From contig OZ242041.1 of assembly GCA_965205215.1 (NCBI GenBank), forward strand, positions 32,001-96,000: a stretch of DNA of 64,000 nucleotides, read 5' to 3'. Under the pieces are notes generated by a model, which worked only from the letters and a program-made list of their open reading frames with translations, ran no database searches and was not told the DNA's origin. Source of the DNA: Nitrosopumilus sp. GTDB taxonomy: Archaea > Thermoproteota > Nitrososphaeria > Nitrososphaerales > Nitrosopumilaceae. This document shows positions 11,401 to 20,300 of the stretch, one piece after another; position 1 is the first letter of the stretch; each line of letters starts with the position of its first letter. The position numbers and the translations under genes are program-made.

Positions 11401-14152
11401 CCGCGGAGACGTCAAACGTGCTGACGATCGCGTTCCCGTCAGTGTCTTGCACCGCCCCGGGATCTATGGTCAGTTCCGGCGTGGTCATCCCCGCGACCGT
11501 TGTACGGTGCGGCGTGGTGAGGGTGAACGATATGGTGGCAGAGTCGGCAGTCGTGCCAAGCTCGGAGGCAGTCAGCGTTATGCCGCCAGTATAGTTGCCC
11601 GACTCCCTCACGTGTATCTTGGCAGCATCCACGCTTGCCGCGGGCGTTACATCTACAACCTCTGAAAAGGTGATCGTCAGCACCCCGGTGGACGGGTCAA
11701 ACCCGGCGGAGACGAACTTCGGGGGCGTGTCGGCCAGGTCGGTGGCAGGCGGGGCCCCGGAGACCTCCACCTCGACAGTCCGCCAGTTGCTGCCGCTCTC
11801 GAAGACCAAGAAGCCCGTGGCCGTCACGTTGGCCGTGTACCGGCGGTTCTCGTCTGGGGCGGCCTTGAAGGCGAGCGTGTCGCCTTTGAACTCGAAGAGG
11901 TTCGAGTCGCCGCCGTCCACAATGGTATAGGCGGGGCCGTGCTGGTTCAGGGGATTGTTCTGGGCCATGATCCCGGTGACGTTCAGCGAGGAGCCGGAGG
12001 CGTCAAACTCGGCGGTGCCCGGCGTGATGTACCAGTTCCCCAGGTTCTGGTCAAAGTCGGCGGCGTTAAAGAACATGCTGGACATGGTGGTGACGCCAGA
12101 GACGTCCCAGGTCGATATGTTGCCGTTGAAGGAGGAGGCGCCGAAAAACATGCCGGACATGTCGGTGACGTCAGAGACGTCCCATCCGTCGAGGGGCTGG
12201 TTGAAGTCGGCGGCGTTAAAGAACATGCTGGACATGTCGGTGACCGAGGAGACGTCCCATCCGTCGAGGGGCTGGTTGAAGTCGGCGGCGCCGGAGAACA
12301 TGCTGTGCATGGTGGTGACGCCAGAGACGTCCCAGGAGCCGATTGCGCCGTTGAAGGAGGAGGCGCCGAGGAACATCTCCCACATGCTACTCACGCCCTC
12401 CAGGTTGGGCTTGTCTGTCGCGTTGTAGGCCATGCTGCTTGCATCCTCAAAGGCGCTGTCCATGCTGGCCCACGAGCTGTTGCCCCACTGCTGGATGTAG
12501 GCCAGCCTCGCGGCGTTCGCCGGCGGGGTGGATCCAAGGTCTATCCGGGTCAGCCCGCCGGTCACCGAGACGGTGTAGGTGCCGGCCTCCTCGTAGGTAT
12601 GGGACTGGCGGCTGGAGACGCCGGTGGTGTCGGCGGTGCCGTCGCCCCACGATATGGTGATGCCGGACCCGCTGACGGGCAGCGTTATCTGCTGGTTGGC
12701 CGAGGTAGTGGTCCAGGTGGTGACAAAGGCGTGGGCGGGCGGGTCGTCCGGGTCGGCGGGCGGGCCGCCGTCCGACAACGTGATGTTGTAGACGGAGGCT
12801 AGGTCGTACTCGTTTATGTCGTTTCCGTCATTACCCGCCACGAACATCTTGGCGCCGTCGCCGGAGAACGCCACGTCTTGTGGAGAGTCATCCTGCCCAC
12901 TGACGGAAAAGGAGTCGACGAATGTCGCCGTGGAGACGTCGAATGCGGTGGACAGGTCGTACTCGTTTATGTCGTCTCCGTCATTACCCGCCACGAACAT
13001 CTTGGCGCCGTTGCCTGAGAACGCCACGCCTGTTGGAACGGTATCCTGCTCCCCGACGAAAAAGGAGTCGACGAACGTCGCCGTGGAGGCGTCAAATGCG
13101 GCGGTCAGGGAGTACTCGTTTATGTCGTCTCCGTCACCACCCACCACGAACATCTTGGCGCCGTTGCCTGAGAACGCCACGCCTGTTGGAAAGGTGTCCT
13201 GCCCCCTGACGGAAATGGCGCTGCCGGCTGTAGCCGTGGAGACGTTGAATGCGGTGGACAGCAAGTACTCGGTTACTTTGGTGTTGCTGTTACCCACCAT
13301 GAACATCTTGGCGCCGTCGCCGGAGAACGCCACGCCTGCTGGATATTCATCCTGCGCCCCGATGTTAAAGTCGCGGACGAAGGTCGCCGTGGAGACGTCG
13401 AATGCGGTGGACAGGGAGTACTCGTTTACGTAGGCACGGGTCTCGCCCACCATGAACATCTTGGTCCCGTCGCCGGAGAACGCCACGCCTGTTGGAAAGG
13501 TGTCCTGCCCCCCGACGGAAAAGGAGTCGACGAATGTAGCCGTGGAGACGTCAAACGTGCCGGCGATTGGATTGCCGTCAGTGTCCTTGACGGCCCCGGG
13601 GTCTATGGTCAGCTCCGGTACAGTCATTGCCGTGACCGCTTCACGGTGCGGTGTAGTGAGGGTGAACGATACGGTGTCAGAGTCGGCAGTCGTGCCGAGC
13701 TCGGAGGCAGCCAGCGTTATGCCGCCCGTGTAGCTGCCCGACTCCCTCACGTGTATCTTGGAGGCGTCCACGTTTGATGCGGGCGTTACGTCTATAATTT
13801 CAGAAAAGGTGATCGTCAGCACCCTCGTGGACGGGTCAAGTGTGGAGGATACGAACGCCGGGGGCCCCGTCTGGGCCCACGCGTAACCCGGCATGAATCC
13901 GTGTCCCGCCGGATGCGGCGCCATGTACGGCTCAAGATCCTGCTGCATCAGCAGGTGGCCTGCAGACGCGGCTGCCAGCAGCAGCAGCACCGCCGCCAGC
14001 ACGGCCGTCGCCCGGAGCCCGGACGCGCCGCGGCGCCGGGCCCGCGGCGCCCTCCCCCGGGCCGCGCGCGCAGGGCCGCCCGCCGACGCCGCGGACGCGG
14101 GGATCGCCGCGCTGGTCTGGCCGGTCCCCGGCCCGCGCCTCGCGGGCGTCAT
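2462..14152 (-). CDS. Giant surface protein B, 3896 aa: six Ig-like/5-blade propeller units, one DUF285/BspA-like module, multiple PKD-like domains, poly-Pro hinge, divergent C-terminal propeller, FN3
   Basis: Long ORF with N-terminal hydrophobic segment. Contains 153-nt propeller repeats, WDVSxVTxMxxMFxxAxxF repeats and PxADAGxDQTV.EG.TVTLDGS PKD-like repeats. Confidence 0.9.
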   Translation of the reverse strand: MTPARRGPGTGQTSAAIPASAASAGGPARAARGRAPRARRRGASGLRATAVLAAVLLLLAAASAGHLLMQQDLEPYMAPHPAGHGFMPGYAWAQTGPPAFVSSTLDPSTRVLTITFSEIIDVTPASNVDASKIHVRESGSYTGGITLAASELGTTADSDTVSFTLTTPHREAVTAMTVPELTIDPGAVKDTDGNPIAGTFDVSTATFVDSFSVGGQDTFPTGVAFSGDGTKMFMVGETRAYVNEYSLSTAFDVSTATFVRDFNIGAQDEYPAGVAFSGDGAKMFMVGNSNTKVTEYLLSTAFNVSTATAGSAISVRGQDTFPTGVAFSGNGAKMFVVGGDGDDINEYSLTAAFDASTATFVDSFFVGEQDTVPTGVAFSGNGAKMFVAGNDGDDINEYDLSTAFDVSTATFVDSFSVSGQDDSPQDVAFSGDGAKMFVAGNDGNDINEYDLASVYNITLSDGGPPADPDDPPAHAFVTTWTTTSANQQITLPVSGSGITISWGDGTADTTGVSSRQSHTYEEAGTYTVSVTGGLTRIDLGSTPPANAARLAYIQQWGNSSWASMDSAFEDASSMAYNATDKPNLEGVSSMWEMFLGASSFNGAIGSWDVSGVTTMHSMFSGAADFNQPLDGWDVSSVTDMSSMFFNAADFNQPLDGWDVSDVTDMSGMFFGASSFNGNISTWDVSGVTTMSSMFFNAADFDQNLGNWYITPGTAEFDASGSSLNVTGIMAQNNPLNQHGPAYTIVDGGDSNLFEFKGDTLAFKAAPDENRRYTANVTATGFLVFESGSNWRTVEVEVSGAPPATDLADTPPKFVSAGFDPSTGVLTITFSEVVDVTPAASVDAAKIHVRESGNYTGGITLTASELGTTADSATISFTLTTPHRTTVAGMTTPELTIDPGAVQDTDGNAIVSTFDVSAATFVDAFDVSGQETRPTGVALSGDGSKMFVLGGAGDDVNEYTLSTAFNVSTATFVDAFDVSGNETDPEGVAFSGDGSKMFVVGVSSGDVHEYSLSTAFDASTAEYVHTFDLPGHLLLGGVAFSGNGSKMFVVGTGLDAVNEYTLSTAFDISTATFVDDTSVSAQDSSPQDVALSGDGSKMFVLGNDGNDVNEYTLSTAFDISTATFVDAFSVEAQEATPTGMAFSSDGTKMFVVGSAEDAVNEYDLASVYPIVVDNHPPTADAGPGQTVNEGATVTLDGSGSSDPDFGATLEYSWTSDSTPQITLAGERPTFTAPFVTSSTDITFTLVVSDGTADSPPDTVTITVDNVVHDPPPKFVSSTLDTSTGALAITFSEDVDVTPAANVDTSKIHVRESGSYTGGITLAASELGTTTDSATVSFTLTTSHREAVAAMTVPELTMEPGAVKDAAGNTIVGTFDVSTADFVDDTSVSAQETTPTGMAFSGDGSKMFVTGTQGSDVNEYTLSTAFDASTRTFVDAFDVREQETSPQDVAFSADGTKMFVLGANGDDVNEYGLSPPFDASTATFVDSFFVGGQDTFPTGVAFSADGSRMFVTGTGSGDVHEYSLTAAFDVSTATHAGAFDVSAQASNPTGVAFSSDGSRMFVVDSAEDDVNEYALSSAFDASTAAFVDAFDVSGQDGVPADVAFSGDGSKMFVVGFLGEDINEYDLASVYPITLANRPPTADAGLDRTVNEGSTVTLDGSGSSDPDSGDTLEYSWTSDSTPRITLTGESPTFTAPDVTSSTGITFTLVVNDGTADSPPDTVTVTVNNVDPPPAFVSSVLDPSTGALTITFSEDVDVTPAANVDTSKIHVRESGNHTGGITLTASELDTTTDSATVSFTLTTPHNETVAAMTEPELTIEPGAVQDTAGNTIVGTFDVTTATFVDAFDVSGQDGVPADVAFSGDGSKMFVVGFLGEDINEYDLSTAFDASTATFVDDTSVSAQETTPTGMAFSGDGSKMFVVGTQRSGVNEYDLSTAFDASTRTFVDAFDVRAQETVPQDVAFSADGTKMFVLGTNGDDVNEYTLSFPFDASTATFVDSFFVGGQDTFPTGVAFSADGSRMFVTGTGSGDVHEYRLSAAFDVSTATHAGAFDVSGQDNNPTGVTFSGDGSRMFVTGSAEDDVNEYALASVYPITVADPANQAPVADAGADRALDEGETFSPGAAASDPDGDALTYSWSQSPASPVVTFSDTSALNPAVTLPQVDSDAAVTLSLTVSDGALQATDSMALAIRDVSQAPPLDADAGPDQTVPAGSTVTLDGSGSTGATGYSWSQTSGATVTLAGGNTASPTFAAPGSAATLVFALTVTNAASQTDTDAVTVTVRGATPPASPPPEFVLSSLDTSTGVLAITFSETIDATPETNVVSAKIHVRESGSYAGGITLTAAELVTDADSATVSFALTTPHREAVAAMTVPELTIEPGAVQDTDGNTIVGTFDVSTARFVDAFDVSAQEASPSGVAFSGDGARMFVVGTAGDDVNEYTLSAAFDASTARFVDAFGVGGQDAYPEDVAFSGDGARMFVLGSDGDDVNEYGLTTAFDASTAAFVDAFDVSGQETLPRGMAFSGDGTRMFVVGHAGEDVNEYTLSVAFDASTATFVDAFDVSGQDTAPEDVAFSGNGAKMFVLGGAGDDVNEYSLSAAFDASTATFVDAFSVRAQETRPSGVAFSGDGAKMFVVGDTGNDVNEYSLASVYPITVIEPADPPPAFLFAGLASSTGVLTITFSEDVDVTPAANVVSAKIHVRESGNYTGGITLTAAELDTTTDSAAISFTLTPSHRGTVAAMTVPELTIEPGAVRDAEGNAIVGTFDVSTARFVDSFSVRAQDTTPRGMAFSGDGTRMFVVDGSGDDVNEYSLSAAFDVSTATFVRDFGIGGQERSPQSVAFSGDGTRMFVLGGFGDDVNEYVLSTVFDVSTAAFVDSFSIRAQETAPRGMAFSGDGSKMFVVGTTWDEVSEYDLTVPFDVSTAAFVDSFSVRAQETLPSGVAFSGDGSKMFVVGFDGDAVNEYNLTAAFDVSTATFVRDFDVSAQEDYPEDVAFSGDGAKMFVLGNNGNDVNEYDLRSVYPIAVADRGVPLPNLPPTADAGADRTVSEGATVRLDGSRSSDPNPGDTLTYSWAQTSGTPTVTLSSATAASPTFTAPAVDSQQRIVFTLTVSDGTLTDTDTVVITVLDAQQQPTPPPPPPPPPPPPPPPPPPPPTNQPPVANAGTDQTVNEGVTVTLDGSRSSDPNPGDTITYSWAQTSGTPTVTLSSATAASPTFVAPSVTSDTDIVFALTVSDGALTATDTVTITVQNVTGGNLPPVADAGADQTAYEGDTVTLDGSGSTDPDSDPLTYSWTQTAGTPAVTLSSATAASPTFVAPSVTSGTDIVFALTVSDGALTATDTVVITVNDIPPNRPPVADAGDDQTVSEGVTVTLDGTGSEDPDSDDLSYLWTSDGTPRITLTGPTPVFTAPSVTSGTDIVFTLAVFDGALTATDTVTITVRDVPSTPMGAGLAPENVTMVTLPNATITDAAMSYNGSILIITAAPTTGAANGTILSYDLTVPHDPASAVFRNDTVDIPAEYGQPTSITVSLDGMKMFVTTGASAGASASAMQPPVPALFGYGGPAGIAPAFLPPSSSPSPRAAAVPLHPASSHDVAHAYILEYSLSTPFDISTAFLSDPAVLSSSQFSAPAGAAFSHNGTIMYAAVPAPRGGGFILSYALETPFDPSSGAPADSLTIPPSYGSISDVAISADGTVLLVTASARAGSGTVLSYALSAPFDLPPPGTAPAASIPVPAASDSPVGVAFFAGDSRALVSATFTPAADPGSPRGVQLPDRQADTPPPPANLANATVTASTAVLSWDAPTGDTPVTGYVILYRIPAVQPELIVLVPDTGSADTSYVVRGLAPGTTYEFAVAALGPGGTSEHSIPVIITTLAAGDDDDDGPGGMPDPPVTPPQPVAPRVCR
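4714..4771. repeat. (GGTGGCGGC)n microsatellite encoding a poly-proline hinge in B
   Basis: Directly visible 9-bp tandem; translation TPPPP...PPT. Confidence 0.9.
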
Positions 14153-14351
14153 CCCTGCCCCGACCCCGCGACCCTGATGGTCGCCTCGACGCTCCAGTCT
14201 CCCGGACCGCCGCCGCCGTCATACCGGGCGCGAACCTTCACCTTGTACTCCTCGTCCTCCTCCAGGCCGGTGATGGTCCAGGAGGGTTCGGTCGGGAAGG
14301 CGTTGCCGGTCAGGTCCGTCCAGGTCAGGTAGGGATCGCCGGCCTTGGCCC
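13802..14351. repeat. Direct repeat copy 2 of the gene junction
   Basis: Matches ~1660-2224. The two start codons are 12142 bp apart. Confidence 0.85.
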
Positions 14352-17300
14352 AGGACACCCGGTAGTCGCGGGGCGCCTCGGCGGGCGCGTCCCAGCTGGC
14401 CAAGATGGTCCCGGGCTGGGTGCTGCTAAGGGTGATCCCGCCGACATGGCGCGGGTCGCGCGGGGTGGCGGCGGCCTCCGGTGAGGGCTCGCCGCTGCCC
14501 ACGGCGTTGATCGCGATGACCCGCACCGCATAGGGCGTGCCGTCGGCCAGCCCGGTGATGCTGTGGGCGGTTCCGGTGACGGTCGCCTGGCCGATGTCGG
14601 CGGGCGCGTCCCAGCTGCCCGCCCCCTCCTTCCACTGGACCGTATAGCCGGTGATCCGCTCGCCGCCGTCAGAGGGCGGCGGCTGCCAGGAGACGTCCAG
14701 GGTCCCGCTGGCGGCCGGCGAGACGCTCAGGCCGCGCGGGGATCCCGGGACGGAGCTGGGGGGAATGTCGGTGATGGTGATGATAACCGTGGCGGTGGCG
14801 GTGGCGTTGCGGGTGTCGGTGACGCTCAGGGTGAAGGTGACGGGCGTGTCGGCGTCGACGAGCGGGGCGACGAACGAGGGGGCCAGCGTGTCGGAGCCGG
14901 TGATGGGGATGCCGAGGGCCGAGTCGTGGGTCCAAGTATAGGCGAGGGTGTCCCCGGGGTCGGCGTCATAGGCGGTTCCGGCCAGCGCGACGGCATTGCC
15001 CTCGGCGACGGCCCTGTCTGATCCTGCCCCGGCCGTCGGCGGGCTGTTGGCGCCGTCGGCGATGGTGATGATAACCGAGTCGGTGGCGGTGGCGTTGCGG
15101 GGGTCGGTGACGCTCAGGGTGAAGGTGACGGCCGTGTCCGAGTCGACGTTGGGTGCGGTAAACGACGGGGTCAGCGTGTCGGAGCCGGTGATGGGGATGC
15201 CGAGGGCCGAGTCGTGGGACCAGGAGTAGGTCGCCGGCCGGTCGCCGGCGTGGATGGCGATGCCGGAGAGCGTCACCGCGGACCCCTCGGCGACGGTCAG
15301 GTCGGGGCCGGCGTCGGCCGTCGGCGGCAGGCTGACCGCGGGGACGTCTGAGACTGTGACGGTGGCCGTGTCGGTGGAGGCGGCCGTCCCGTCGGTGACC
15401 GTCAGGGTGAACTCGACTGGGACGTCAGAATCGACGGGCGGGGCGGTGAACGAGGGGGTCAGCGTGTCGGAGCCGGCCACCTGGATGGCCAGCGTGCCGT
15501 TGTGGGTCCACGAGTAAACCAGGACGTCCCCCGGGTCGGCGTCGGCGGCGGTCCCGGCCAGCGTGACGGTATCGCCCTCGGCGACGGCCAGGTCGGGGCC
15601 GGCGTCGGCCGTCGGCTGGCGGTTGGCCGGCGGCCCCGGTACGGTGACCTCGAGCGTGCGCGAGTTGCCCGCGCCAAAGTCCCCGGTGGAGGTTATGGTG
15701 ACGGTGTAGGACGACTTGGCGTGGCCGTCCGGGGCGGGCTTGAGCCTGAGTGTGGAGTTCTCGATCTCAAAGGATGACGAGTCAGCGTCCGGGCCCAGTC
15801 CGTACGTCGGGCCCTGCCCGTCGAGGAAGGCGTTCTGGGCCGAGATGTGCCCGACCGTCAGGGCCTCATCGCCGTCCCGGGCGGCCGCGCCGTCCAGCAC
15901 GATGTACCAGCTGCCCAGGTTCTGGTCAAAGGAGGAGGCGCCCGTGAACATGTGGGACATGTCGGCCGCGGCCGAGACGTCCCAGGCGGACAGATCCTGG
16001 TTGAAGGAGGAGGCGCGGCCGAACATGCCAAACAGGTCGGCCGCGGCCGAGACGTCCCATGCGTTGAGCGGCTGGTCGAAGGAGGAGGCGCCGGCGAACA
16101 TGCGCATCATGGTGGTCGCGGCCGAGACGTCCCAGTCGGAGATGTCCCCGTTGAAGGAGGCGGCGCCCCGGAACATGTCCGACATGTCGGCCGCGGCCGA
16201 GACGTCCCAGTCGGAGATGTCCCCGTTGAAGGAGGCGGCGCTGTCGAACATTCCGGCCGTGCTGGCGACGCCGGAGACGTCCCAGGAGGAGATGTCCCCG
16301 TTGAAGGAGGTGGCTCCGGCGAACATGGCGGACATGTCGGTGACCGAGGAGACGTCCCAGGCGTTGAGCGGCTGGTCGAAGGAGTCGGCGTGTAAGAACA
16401 TGCCCGACATGGTGGTCGCGGCCGAGACGTCCCAGGCGTTGAGCGGCTGGTCGAAGGAGTCGGCTATGTCGAACATGTGCGACATGTCGGTGACCGAGGA
16501 GACGTCCCAGGAGGAGATGTCCTGGTCGAAGGAGGAGGCATGGAACATGCGCGACATGTCGGTGACCGAGGAGACGTCCCAGGCGTTGAGCGGCTGGTCG
16601 AAGGAGCGGGCGCTGACGAACATGGCGGACATGTCGGTGACCGAGGAGACGTCCCAGGCGTTGAGCGGCTGGTCGAAGGAGCGGGCGCCGGCGAACATGT
16701 CGGACATGTCGGTGACCGAGGAGACGTCCCAGGCGTTGAGCGGCTGGTCGAAGGAGGAGGCGGAGCGGAACATGGCGGACATGGTGGTCGCGGCCGAGAC
16801 GTCCCAGTCGGAGATGTCCCCGTTGAAGGAGGCGGCGCGGTGGAACATCCGGTCCATGTCGGTAACGCGCGAGAGGTTGGGGACATCGGTTGCACGGTAG
16901 ACCATGTTTGCCGCCCAGGCAAATGCAGAGTCCATTGACTCCCACCGCGCACTGCCCCACTGCTCTATGGATACCAGTTTCTTCGCGTCTGGGTGGCCGT
17001 CGAGCACTATTCTGGTGATACCGTCGGATATGCTCACCGTGTAGGTTCCGGGAACGTCGTAGGAGTGGGTCCGGGTTCCCGAAACGCCGGTGTCAACCTG
17101 GCCGTCGCCCCAGCTGATTGTGTACTGGCCGCTGGCCGGGATCGTTATCGATTCACCCGGTTGGGTTGTCCTCCAGGTGGTGACAAAGCTGGAGCCGTCC
17201 GGTGCGCCGCGCGCCTGCGCCGGGTCGGTGTTGGCGCTGTCCGATATGGTAACCGTCATGGTGTCAGATGTGGTGGAGGTGCCGTCTGTGACCGTCAGGG

Positions 17301-20300
17301 TGAACACGACCGGCGTGTCGGAGACGACGTTGGGGGCCGTGAACGAGGGGGACAGCGTGTCGCCACCATCAAGCGTTATGGCCAGCGTGCCGTTGTGGGT
17401 CCACGCGTATGCCAGGACGTCCTCGGGGTCGGCGTCAGTAGCCGTTCCCGTCAGGGTCACCTCGGATCCTTCCGCGACGGACTGGTCCGACCCGGCGTCT
17501 GCGGCCGGCGGGCTGTTGGCGCTGTCCGATATGGTAACCGTCATGGTGTCAGATGTGGTGGAGGTGCCGTCTGTGACCGTCAGGGTGAACTCGACCGGCG
17601 TGGCGGAGACGACGTTGGGGGCCGTGAACGAGGGGGACAGCGTGTCGCCACCATCAAGCGTTATGGCCAGCGTGCCGTTGTGGGTCCACGCGTATGCCAG
17701 GACGTCCTCGGGGTCGGCGTCAGTAGCCGTTCCCGTCAGGGTCACCTCGGATCCTTCCGCGACGGACTGGTCCGACCCGGCGTCTGCGGCCGGCGGGCTG
17801 TTGGCGCTGTCCGATATGGTAACCGTCATGGTGTCAGATATGGTGGAGGTGCCGTCTGTGACCGTCAGGGTGAACACGACCGGCGTGTCGGAGACGACGT
17901 TGGGGGCCGTGAACGAGGGGGACAGCGTGTCGCCACCATCAAGCGTTATGGCCAGCGTGCCGTTGTGGGTCCACGCGTATGCCAGGACGTCCTCGGGGTC
18001 GGCGTCAGTAGCCGTTCCCGTCAGGGTCACCTCGGATCCTTCCGCGACGGACTGGTCCGACCCGGCGTCTGCGGCCGGCGGGCTGTTGGCGCTGTCCGAT
18101 ATGGTAACCGTCATGGTGTCAGATGTGGTGGAGGTGCCGTCTGTGACCGTCAGGGTGAACTCGACCGGCGTGGCGGAGACGACGTTGGGGGCCGTGAACG
18201 AGGGGGACAGCGTGTCGCCACCATCAAGCGTTATGGCCAGCGTGCCGTTGTGGGTCCACGCGTATGCCAGGACGTCCTCGGGGTCGGCGTCAGTAGCCGT
18301 TCCCGTCAGGGTCACCTCGGATCCTTCCGCGACGGACTGGTCCGACCCGGCGTCTGCGGCCGGCGGGCTGTTGGCGCTGTCCGATATGGTAACCGTCATG
18401 GTGTCAGATGTGGTGGAGGTGCCGTCTGTGACCGTCAGGGTGAACACGACCGGCGTGTCGGAGACGACGTTGGGGGCCGTGAACGAGGGGGACAGCGTGT
18501 CGCCACCATCAAGCGTTATGGCCAGCGTGCCGTTGTGGGTCCACGCGTATGCCAGGACGTCCTCGGGGTCGGCGTCAGTAGCCGTTCCCGTCAGGGTCAC
18601 CTCGGATCCTTCCGCGACGGACTGGTCCGACCCGGCGTCTGCGGCCGGCGGGCTGTTGGCGCTGTCCGATATGGTAACCGTCATGGTGTCAGATGTGGTG
18701 GAGGTGCCGTCTGTGACCGTCAGGGTGAACTCGACCGGCGTGGCGGAGACGACGTTGGGGGCCGTGAACGAGGGGGTCGGCGTGTCGCCGCCATCAAGCG
18801 TTATGGTCGAGGATCCGTTGTGGGTCCACGCGTATGCCAGGACGTCCTCGGGGTCGGCGTCAGTAGCCGTTCCCGTCAGGGTCACCTCGGATCCTTCCGC
18901 GACGGACTGGTCCGACCCGGCGTCTGCGGCCGGCGGGCTGTTGGCGCTGTCCGATATGGTAACCGTCATGGTGTCAGATGTGGTGGAGGTGCCGTCTGTG
19001 ACCGTCAGGGTGAACTCGACCGGCGTGTCGGAGACGACGTTGGGTGCCGTGAACGAGGGGGTCGGCGTGTCGCCGCCATCAAGCGTTATGGTCGAGGATC
19101 CGTTGTGGGTCCACGAGTATGCCAGGGTGTCCTCGGGGTCGGCGTCAGTAGCCGTTCCGGCCAACGTGACTGTATCGCCCTCGGCCACTGACTGGTCCGG
19201 CCCTGCCTCGACTGCCGGCGGGCTGTTGGCGCTGTCCGATATGGTAACCGTCATGGTGTCAGATATGGTGGAGGTGCCGTCTGTGACCGTCAGGGTGAAC
19301 TCGACCGGCGTGTCGGAGACGACGTTGGGTGCCGTGAACGAGGGGGACAGAGCGGCCGCGTCGTCCAGTGTGATGGCCAGCGTGCCGTTGTGGGTCCACG
19401 CGTAGTCCAGGGTGTCCTCGGGGTCGGCGTCAGTAGCCGTTCCCGTCAGGGTCACCTCGGATCCTTCCGCGACGGACTGGTCGGCGCCCGCGTCGACTGC
19501 CGGCGGGCTGTTGGCGCTGTCCGATATGGTAACCGTCATGGTGTCAGATGTGGTGGAGGTGCCGTCTGTGACCGTCAGGGTGAACTCGACTGGGACGTCA
19601 GAGACGACGTTGGGTGCCGTGAACGAGGGGGACAGAGCGGCCGCGTCGTCCAGTGTGATGGCCAGCGTGCCGTTGTGGGTCCACGCGTAGTCCAGGGTGT
19701 CCTCGGGGTCGGCGTCAGTAGCCGTTCCCGTCAGGGTCACCTCGGATCCTTCCGCGACGGACTGGTCGGCGCCCGCGTCGACTGCCGGCGGGCTGTTGGC
19801 GCTGTCCGATATGGTAACCGTCATGGTGTCAGATGTGGTGGAGGTGCCGTCTGTGACCGTCAGGGTGAACTCGACTGGGACGTCAGAGACGACGTTGGGT
19901 GCCGTGAACGAGGGGGACAGAGCGGCCGCGTCGTCCAGTGTGATGGCCAGCGTGCCGTTGTGGGTCCACGCGTAGTCCAGGGTGTCCTCGGGGTCGGCGT
20001 CAGTAGCCGTTCCCGTCAGGGTCACCTCGGATCCTTCCGCGACGGACTGGTCGGCGCCCGCGTCGACTGCCGGCGGGCTGTTGGCGCTGTCCGATATGGT
20101 AACCGTCATGGTGTCAGATGTGGTGGAGGTGCCGTCTGTGACCGTCAGGGTGAACTCGACTGGGACGTCAGAGACGACGTTGGGTGCCGTGAACGAGGGG
20201 GACAGAGCGGCCGCGTCGTCCAGTGTGATGGCCAGCGTGCCGTTGTGGGTCCACGTGTATGCCAGGGTGTCCTCGGGGTCGGCGTCAGTAGCCGTTCCGG

